From contig OZ024741.1 of assembly GCA_964016885.1 (NCBI GenBank), positions 45,880,001 to 45,944,000 on the forward strand: 64,000 bases of DNA, in the 5' to 3' direction. This DNA is from Eledone cirrhosa. Taxonomy: Eukaryota. The notes beneath the pieces are model-generated. The model was not told the DNA's origin. It made no database searches and saw nothing but the letters and a program-made list of their open reading frames with translations. Both the position numbers and the translations under genes were made by a program. Of the stretch, positions 55,501 to 64,000 are shown in pieces; positions within the stretch are counted from its first letter, which is position 1, and every line of letters begins with the position of its first letter.

Positions 55501-56009
55501 ATCTCAATCTTGTGGAACTTTAGCATCCAAACAGACCGAAACATAGATGCAAATAGACCTGATATAATATTGAAGGACTTTAAAAAGAGGGTATGCCTGC
55601 TAATTGATATGTCCGTTCCAATAGACAAGAATGTATGTATAAAAACATTTGAAAAATTGAGCAAGTATAAGGACCTGGAGATAGAATTTGGAAAAATGTG
55701 GAAATTGAGAACTAAAACAATACCAGTGGTTGTAGGCGCTCTGGGAATGTTACCTAAGGGGTCTAATGATTACTTATCGCAAATCCCAGGAAACCCGCGT
55801 ATAGAAGAAATACAAAAGATAGTACTAATGGGAACTGCCCATATACTAAGGAATATTCTGTCAATATAAGTACATCACAAGTCTAAACACTAAAGATGCA
55901 TGTGTGAGTATGTATGTTCTTTCTTGAACATGGCGGACCTTGTTGTCTCTTGAGGTCACTGGTTGTGACTTGGTGATAACTCGTATGAACATAAAGCAAG
56001 ATAAATGCA
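52594..56009 (+). mobile_element. 5'-truncated R4/Dong-like RLE retrotransposon (copy G) between (TAA)n tracts
   Basis: The frame is open from the junction (NIRRNIVRKKLLTDIEIDQI), then RT, CCHC and RLE follow. (TAA)n lies on both sides. Confidence 0.93.
52791..55869 (+). pseudogene. RT-RLE polyprotein of copy G, frameshifted near the C-terminus
   Basis: NYRPITCL, DYKKAFDS, GIFQGDSLSP, YMDD, CRVC...HIVSMC, and ANRPDIIL...KYKDL...GALG in a shifted frame. Confidence 0.9.
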
Positions 56010-56069
<60 letters not shown>

Positions 56070-56071
56070 TA

Positions 56072-59000
56072 GGGAAGAAGACGCACGAGGTGGCGGAGGT
56101 CATGAAATCGCTCCCGTAAGTTTTGAATTTTTAACATATTTAAATCATTTGTGAAATAACAACTCTTAGTACAAATGCTACGTAAAGCACCCGGCTTGAG
56201 CCCAAAAAAATTCGGACCCAAAATATATTGTTATAAGGCTCAAATATTCAAATATTCAACTTTGTATTGTACACTGTATATCCAAAAAAGAAAATGGCTA
56301 TAAATGGAAGAAGCCCCCCCTCCCTCCTCTCCTCTGTCTACACTATATAGAACAGCCAAACTCACCAACACCAGAAACTAGATACACCACCCACCTCATA
56401 ACCTGTGTACACTAAACACAACAGCCAGATAACGGCAATTTCACCACCACCGCTCACTACTGCCATCATTACCCCCACCATCCCATCACCGCCGCCACCA
56501 CTCCTTCACTCCTTCACTGCTACCACCGCTACAACACCATCACTACAGTAATACGATCACATCACCACCGCCACTGCCTCGGTATCGACATCACCACCAC
56601 CACTGTCTCAGTATCGCTACCGCCGCCAGTCCTCCACTTCACCCAGATGGCTGCTGCCACCACATTATAGAATTCCTACTACTAAAAAAGAGGAAGGCAT
56701 CAAAATATATAGATAGACTCAAAAGAAAAAAGAAAAAACAAACAACAAAACCAAAGCAGCACAGCAACAACAGCAAAAAACGACAAAAACAAACAGGGAA
56801 AAACAAAAACAAAAAAAAACAAAAAACAAAAAACGTAAAGAAAATAAGAATGAAGAGAGAAGCAGGCGGACGGACAGAGAAGAGGGGGGAAAAACTAAAA
56901 CTAAAAAAACAAAAACTAAGTCAGACATTCGAACACTACATTACAATGAAACTTATGCTTATTCATTTTTGGGGCCCTTTCTGCCTGTGTGTTTGTTTGT
57001 TTATGTGTGTTCGTATACAGCGTGGTGATAATGCCACACAAGGGTCAAGTGGAACGGCGAATCCACAGATGGCTATGTAACCATACATTCGCCAATCCTC
57101 GATAAGAGTGTTTAAATATCGAACATAAACAGTTCGAATAACGGTGAAATGGAGACTAGAACGTCATGTGACAGACTCTCACCCAACAGGTGCCCCCTGG
57201 CTCAGCAGCAGCAACCTGACTGTCAACCAAATACTGCTGATGTTGGAGGAAGAAGAAGAAGGAAAGGGGCCTGAACCAACTGGACTAAAGAATTGAATAG
57301 AACTGTTATGCAATGTTACCTGAAAAGTAACCCCAAGGAGAGGGGCTACAGGAGACGGATGCATAACATCTGGAACGAGATTGGTCTATTTAAATTAGAT
57401 GAACAAAAATTGGCCGGGCAGGCTCGGGTAATAAGAACTAATGGGTGGATAAGCGAGCTGGAACTGGAGGAACTGAGCAGAGAGAATGGCTTGAAAATGG
57501 CGGGTGTAGTATGCCAGACAAGCGAGCCAGTGGGAAATGAAGGTGAAGAGGTCCTGAGAACGGAGGAACCACCCGAAGCAGACAATGATCTGAATACTGA
57601 GATAAATAATACCTGGAACAGAGATACGGCCACTGAGGAGATGAATGCTGACGGGCTAGGACAAGATTCGGTTGACATCCTAAATTTAGTGGTAGATGAA
57701 TTGAACAATGATAGTGGGAGACCTATGAACCTAAGATTTGTAGACAGGAAAAAGTTAAAAGAAACAACAGCTAAGGTAAACAAAGTCATCCCATACCTTG
57801 AGGCGAGGAGCCTTCACCAGTGCAACAATATCCTCAAAGCAACAGCAAATACGGTGAGGAAACTACTTGGTATAAAAGCGAGAGTAAACAACAGACAAGA
57901 AAGAGCAGAGCCGTGGTGGAAGAAACGACTGAGTGGTCAAATCGGGGAAATGAGAAATGACATAGGAAAGCTTGAGTCAATACTGAATGGGACACTAAAA
58001 AACATAGGCACTAAAAATAGACTGGAAATAAAGTACAAAACTAGGAGGAAAAAGCTAAATATTATCATAGAGGAACTGAAGCAACGCATTGTAGCAAAGA
58101 GTGCCAAAATCAGGCGATACGAGAACAGAGTCAGTCAGTATAAACAGAACCGCATGTTCGACAACAACCAGAAGATGCTGTTTGGACAGCTTGAGGGGAA
58201 AGAAAGAGGCAACGACTTGATCCCTGGGGCGGAGCAAACTAAAACATTCTGGAGAGGAATATGGGAGCAGGATGTTAGACATAATGTCCAGGCAGGGTGG
58301 ATTGAGACAGTACAGAGGGAGATCGGTGAGCAGGCACACCAACAAACTGATTTGAGTATCACAGTTGAAACTCTTAAGGGGCAGGCCAAAAAACTAACCA
58401 ACTGGAAATCACCAGGCCCAGATGGTGTGCAGGGGTATTGGATTAAAAATTTAACATCCCTCCACCCGAAGCTGACGGCCATGTTCAATAACTGCTTGGT
58501 GTCGGGTGAGGTGCCAGAGTGGTTGACAAAAGGTACCACAGTTCTGATAATGAAAGACCGAATCAAGGGTAATGATGTTACCAACTATAGACCTATCACA
58601 TGTCTGTCCGTAATGTGGAAACTGTTGACGAGCATTGTGTCTGAGGAAATCTACCATCACCTCCACACAAACAACTTGTTACCGGACGAACAGAAAGGAT
58701 GCCGAAAGAAGTCACGTGGTACAAAGGACCAGTTACTTATTGATAAGATGGTAATGGGGAATTGCAGAAGGAGACACACTGATCTTGCCATGGGATGGAT
58801 AGACTACAGAAAGGCATTTGACATGGTGCCTCAATCTTGGATCACCAAAAGCCTGGAGATCTTCAGGGTGGCAGATAACATCAGACAGTTGCTGGGCAGG
58901 AGTATGGGGTCCTGGGAGACAGAGTTGACATCAACTGGAGTATCCTTGGGAAGCGTGAAGATCAAGAGAGGTATCTTCCAAGGAGATAGCGTGTCCCCTC

Positions 59001-60615
59001 TGTTGTTTGTCCTTGCCCTGATGCCCTTGACCATTATGCTGCGAAAAGTGAGAGCAGGATACAAGTTGGGAAAGGGAGAGCTTACCATCAATCACCTCCT
59101 CTTAATGGACGATCTTAAGCTCTTCGGGAAAAGTGAGAAGGAGTTGGATGTGCTTGTTGACACTGTCCGTATTTTCAGCAGTGATATATGTATGCAGTTT
59201 GGTATTAGTAAATGTGGAGTCATTGTGATGAGGAGGGGTAGGTTGAGCAGAAGTAACGGGATCCAGATACCAACAGGTGAGATGATAAAGGAAATTGACT
59301 CTGAGGAAGGATACAAGTATTTGGGCGTTCTGGAGGCTGATGGCATAAAGAACAAAAAAATGAAGGAATTGTTAAGAACTGAATACATTCGGAGAGTAAG
59401 GAGCGTATTGAAGTCACATCTGAACAGCAGAAATGCCATAAGCGCAGTAAATTCCCGAGCTGTGTCTATTATTAGGTACAGTGCGGGAATTCTGAGATGG
59501 AATGTTGCTGAACAAAACGAAATGGATAGGAAGACTAGGAAGCTATTGACTATCTACAACATGTTCCACAAGAGGAGTGATGTCGATAGACTCTACCTAA
59601 GGAGATCTGAGGGTGGAAGAGGTCTTATCAGCATAGAGGACTGTGTTCAGATGGAGAAAAACAACATATACAAATACGTGACCTATAGTAAGGAGCCAAT
59701 GCTCAGAACTGTACTGAAGGAGGTGACAGTAGGCCAGGGGATGTCCAAGGAGGAAATAACATCAAGGAGGAAGAGCAGCCTTAAGGGAAAATCCCTTCAT
59801 AGTACCTTCTTTGAGAAAACTGAATTTAGAGATCCACAGACATGGAACTGGTTGAGAAGAGGAGACCTCAAAAAGGCTACAGAAGGAATGCTAATGGCTG
59901 CGCAGGAGCAGGCCCTCAAAACGAAGTGGTTGAAGCACCATATTTACAAGGAGGAGGCTAGCCCACTGTGCAGGATCTGTGGAGAGAGAGAGGAGACTGT
60001 GGCTCACATTGTGTCCGAGTGTAAACACCTAGCCCAGACCCACTATAAGGGCTGGAGACACGATGTGATGGGCAGGGTGATCCACTGGCACCTGTGCAAA
60101 GTAAACAATTTACCACATTCTGAGAAATGGTATGAGCATAGGCCAGAGGCGGTGATGGAGAACAATCAGGTGAAGGTGCTGTGGGATTTTAGGATACAGA
60201 CGGACAAGAAACTTGAACACAATAGACCTGACCTGGTGGTTGTGGACAAAGAAAAAAGATCGTGTCTGATTGTGGATGTGGCCTGCCCTTTCGACACGAG
60301 AGTGCAAGAGAAGGAGAGGGAAAAAATTAACCGATACCAGGACCTAAAGTGGGGGGTGAAAAGGATTTGGAACTGCCATGAAGTCAAAGTGATCCCGATT
60401 GTCATAGGCGCACTGGGGACTATCTCCAAAAGTTTCCAGGGATGGTTAAAGAAAATCGGCCCCTTCACGCTTTTTGGAACGCTTCAAAAGGCATGCTTGC
60501 TTGGAACAGCAAGAACCCTCCGATACGTCCAGAATATCTGAGGCTGCAGGTAGTGGCTTGATATTCATTCCAACGGACTTTCCAGTTAACCAACATCAAT
60601 GACTGAGATTCAAGG
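56072..60615 (+). mobile_element. Full-length R4/Dong-like element (copy H)
   Basis: It starts right after (TAA)n with GGAAGAAGACGCAC, the same start as copy I. It has a single long ORF and ends in (TAA)n at 60616-60650. Confidence 0.9.
57293..60541 (+). CDS. RT, CCHC and PD-(D/E)xK endonuclease polyprotein. The true start was probably about 57116 (ATG to ATA), with a nonsense codon at 57272.
   Basis: NYRPITCL, DYRKAFD, GIFQGDSVSP, LMDD, CRICGEREETVAHIVSEC and HNRPDLVV...DVACP. Copy I shows the N-terminal extension. Confidence 0.88.
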   Translation: MNRTVMQCYLKSNPKERGYRRRMHNIWNEIGLFKLDEQKLAGQARVIRTNGWISELELEELSRENGLKMAGVVCQTSEPVGNEGEEVLRTEEPPEADNDLNTEINNTWNRDTATEEMNADGLGQDSVDILNLVVDELNNDSGRPMNLRFVDRKKLKETTAKVNKVIPYLEARSLHQCNNILKATANTVRKLLGIKARVNNRQERAEPWWKKRLSGQIGEMRNDIGKLESILNGTLKNIGTKNRLEIKYKTRRKKLNIIIEELKQRIVAKSAKIRRYENRVSQYKQNRMFDNNQKMLFGQLEGKERGNDLIPGAEQTKTFWRGIWEQDVRHNVQAGWIETVQREIGEQAHQQTDLSITVETLKGQAKKLTNWKSPGPDGVQGYWIKNLTSLHPKLTAMFNNCLVSGEVPEWLTKGTTVLIMKDRIKGNDVTNYRPITCLSVMWKLLTSIVSEEIYHHLHTNNLLPDEQKGCRKKSRGTKDQLLIDKMVMGNCRRRHTDLAMGWIDYRKAFDMVPQSWITKSLEIFRVADNIRQLLGRSMGSWETELTSTGVSLGSVKIKRGIFQGDSVSPLLFVLALMPLTIMLRKVRAGYKLGKGELTINHLLLMDDLKLFGKSEKELDVLVDTVRIFSSDICMQFGISKCGVIVMRRGRLSRSNGIQIPTGEMIKEIDSEEGYKYLGVLEADGIKNKKMKELLRTEYIRRVRSVLKSHLNSRNAISAVNSRAVSIIRYSAGILRWNVAEQNEMDRKTRKLLTIYNMFHKRSDVDRLYLRRSEGGRGLISIEDCVQMEKNNIYKYVTYSKEPMLRTVLKEVTVGQGMSKEEITSRRKSSLKGKSLHSTFFEKTEFRDPQTWNWLRRGDLKKATEGMLMAAQEQALKTKWLKHHIYKEEASPLCRICGEREETVAHIVSECKHLAQTHYKGWRHDVMGRVIHWHLCKVNNLPHSEKWYEHRPEAVMENNQVKVLWDFRIQTDKKLEHNRPDLVVVDKEKRSCLIVDVACPFDTRVQEKEREKINRYQDLKWGVKRIWNCHEVKVIPIVIGALGTISKSFQGWLKKIGPFTLFGTLQKACLLGTARTLRYVQNI

Positions 60616-60650
60616 AATAACAACAATAATAATAATAATAATAATAATAA

Positions 60651-63600
60651 GGAAGAAGACGCACATGGTGGATAGGAGGTCGTGAAATCGCTCCCGTAAG
60701 TTTTTGTTTTTAACATATTTAAATCAATTGTGAAATAACAATTCTTAGTACAAATGATACATAAAGAATCCGGCTTAAGCCGCAAAAAAATTCGGATCCA
60801 TAATATATTGTTATATCGCTCAAATATTCAATTTTGTATTATACATTTTATATTCAAAAAAGAAAATGGTTATAAATGGAAGAAAACCCCTCTGTCTACA
60901 CTACATAGAACAGCCAAACAACAGCAATTTCACCAACACCAGAAACTAGATACACCACCTACCCCATCAGCCCTCTGTGTACACTAAACACAACAGCCAG
61001 ATAACGACAATTTCACCACCACCACCACCAATCTCAGCATAATAATAATAATTGCTATTATTTAAAAAAATGTTTAATTCCAATATTAAGTAAATATGTC
61101 AACACATATACGCGACTAACCCCATAGATTCACCGATCAAACAAAATACAGTCTATTCAACAAAACTCAGTAACGACAACGCCATCACTACTGTCACCGC
61201 CGCCGCCGCCCATCCATCATTACTACCACTATCCTATCACCGCCGCCACCACTCCTTCATTGCTACCACTGCTATCCCCCCATTACCTTCTGTTAACTTA
61301 CGAAAGGGGAAGATAGCGGTATCACTAGACAATATTAATAAACAAGATTAATATTTAATTTTGGATCAGGAATGTTAGAGTCGAAAAGGAGGAAAATGAC
61401 AAAATAACTAAATAACTAAAGATAATTTCACCAATAATTTCACCACCAACACCACCACCACGATCAAAACTCTGGTCAAGTCGACTCAAACGCTATTTAT
61501 ACCCCAACTTCAACGCCATCACTACAGTACTGCGATCAAATCACCACCACCACTGCCTCATTATCGCTACCGCCGCTATTCTCTCCCACTACCTCCTGCT
61601 AGTTGCTGCTAGCACAGCACCGGCACCACCACCGCCACCGCTGCCTCATTATCACTACCGCCGCTATTCTCTCCCGCTACACCCTGCTAGATTGTAGAAT
61701 CCCCCTAAAAGAGGAAGGCATCAAAATATATAAATAGACTGAATTGATGACCCGGTCAAAATCAGAAAAACAAAAATCAAAATCAAAGCAGCACAGCAAC
61801 AACGAAAAACGTAAAGAAAATAAAAATGAAGAGAAAAACAAACAGACGGACAGAGAAGGGAAGGGAAAAACTAAGTCAGACATTCAAACACTACATTACA
61901 ATGAAACTTATGCTTATTCATTTTGGGGGTGTTTTTTGCCTGTTTATTTGTTTGTTTATTTATGTTCGTCTACAGCGTGATAATGCCACACAAAAATCAC
62001 GTGGAGTGACAAAACCAGCGAAGGCGATGAATTCACCGGTGGTTATGTAACCATACATTCGTCAATCCTCGATAAGAGTGTTTAAATGTCGAACCTAAAC
62101 AGTTCGAATAACGGTGAAATGGAGACTAGAATGTCATGTGACAGACTCTCACCCAACAGGTGCTCCCTGGCTCAGCAGCAGGGACCTGGCTGTCAACCAT
62201 ATACTGCTGGTGTCGGAGGAAGAAGAAGAAGGAAAGGGACCAGAACCAACTGGACGAAAGAATTGAATAGAACTGTTATGCAATGTTACCTGAAGAGTAA
62301 CCCCAAGGAGAAAGGCTATAGGAAACGGATGCATAACATCTGAAACGAGATTGGTCTATCTAAATTAGATGAACAAAAATTGGCCGGGCAGGCTCGGGTA
62401 ATAAGAACTAATGGGTGGATAAGCGAGCTGGAACTGGAGGAACTGAGCAGAGAGATTAGCTTGGAGATGGAGGGTGGAGTATGCCAGGAAAACGAGCCAG
62501 TGGGAAATGAAGGTGAAGAGGTCGAGAGAACGGAGGAACCACCCGAAGCAGACAATGATCTGAATGCTGAGATAAATAATACCTGGAACAGAGATACGGC
62601 CACTGAGGAGATGAATGCTGACGGGCTAGGACAAGATTTGGTTGATATCCTAAACTTAGTGGTAGATGAATTGAACAATGATAGTGGGAGACCTATGAAC
62701 CTAATATTTGTAGACAGGAAAAAGTTAAACGAAACAACAGCTAAGGTAAACAAAGTCATCCCATACCTTGAGGCGAGGAGCCTTCACCAGTGCAACAATA
62801 TCCTCAAAGCAACAGCAAATACGGTGAGGAAACTACTTGGTATAAAAGCTAGAGGAAACAACAGACAAGAAAGAGCAGAGCCTTGGTGGAAGAAACGACT
62901 GAGTGGTCAAATCAGGGAAATGAGAAATGACATTGGAAAGCTTGAGTCCCTACTGAATGGGACACTAAAAAACAAAGACACTAAAAATAGACTGGAAATA
63001 AAGTACAAAGTTAGGAGGAAAAAGCTAAATATTATCATAGAGGAACTGAAGCAACGCATTGTAGCAAAGAGTGCAAAAATCAGGCGATACGAGAACAGAG
63101 TCAGTCAGTATAGACAGAACCGCATGTTCGACAACAACCAGAAGATGCTGTTTGGACAGATTGAAGTGAAAGAAAGAGGCAACGACTTGATCCCCGAGGC
63201 GGAACAAACTAAAACATTCTGAAGAGGAATATGGGAGCAGGATGTTAAACATAATGACCAGGCAGTGTGGATTGAGACAGTACAGAAGGAGATTAGTGAA
63301 CAGGCACACCAACAAACTGATTTGAGTATCACAGTTGAAACTCTTAAGGGGCAGGCCAAAAAACTAACCAACTGGAAATCACCAAGCCCAGATGGTGTGC
63401 AGGGGTATTGGATTAAACATATAACATCCCTCCACCCGAAACTGACAACCATGTTCAATGACTGCTTGATGTCAGGTGAGGTACCAGAGTGGTTGACAAA
63501 AGGTACCACAGTTCTGATAATGAAAGACCGAATCAAAGGTAATGATGTTACCAACTATAGACCTATCACATGTCTGTCCGTAATGTGGAAACTGTTGACA

Positions 63601-64000
63601 AGCATTATGTCTGAGGAAATCTACCATCACCTCCACACAAACAGCTTGTTACCGGACGAACAGAAAGGATGCCGAAAGAAGTCCCGTGGTACAAAGGACC
63701 AGTTACTTATTGATAAGATGGTAATGAGGAATTGCAAGAGGAGACACACTGGTCTTGCCATGGGATGGATAGACTACAAAAAGGCATTTGACATGGTGCC
63801 TCATTCTTGGATCACCAAAAGCCTGGAGATCTTCAAGGTGGCAGATAACATCAGACAGTTATTGGGCAAAAGTATGAAGTCCTGGGAAACAGAGTTAACA
63901 TCAACTGGAGAATCCTTGGGAAGCGTGAAGATCAAGAGAGGTATCTTCCAGGGTGATAGTCTGTCCCCTTTGTTGTTTGTCCTTGCCCTGATGCCCCTGA
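60651..64000 (+). mobile_element. R4/Dong-like copy I (runs off the window), ORF from 62086 with stops at 62341 and 63220
   Basis: Close paralogue of copy H across the 5'UTR ends and the ORF. Confidence 0.92.

Noticed and set aside
56072-56120. HDV-like ribozyme at the 5' end of the Dong-like elements
   Set aside because: Only a short GGAG/CTCC hairpin is evident, with no nested double pseudoknot.

Overview
Eukaryotic, microsatellite-rich DNA made almost entirely of transposable elements. No host gene, rRNA, tRNA or CRISPR array is supported. The SINE-like repeats and dense (TA)n/(CA)n tracts suggest a cephalopod (Octopus-like) genome, which is an inference. The left third holds decayed elements: an RLE-LINE tail, Penelope pieces, an RTE LINE, a complete-ended Helitron (7681-12620), a DD37D/maT transposon, a MITE, and a 2.9-kb palindrome with hammerhead-like motifs near both ends. 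The right 36 kb holds two arrays of microsatellite-associated non-LTR retrotransposons. The first is head-to-tail Tx1-clade (L1 group) elements separated by (GATA)n, one of them with both ORFs intact (36377-42101). The second is one (TAA)n tract split by a Tx1 element on the minus strand and three R4/Dong-like RLE elements on the plus strand. The most unusual signal is that the Tx1 elements carry conserved splice signals while staying unspliced in the genome. These are a 67-nt GT-AG mini-intron in the 5'UTR of two divergent copies and a perfect donor overlapping the ORF1 stop, with ORF2 in frame behind it and ending in TAG|G. They also share a covarying multi-hairpin 3'UTR. The Dong-like copies have a donor-acceptor pair in their 5'UTRs too.
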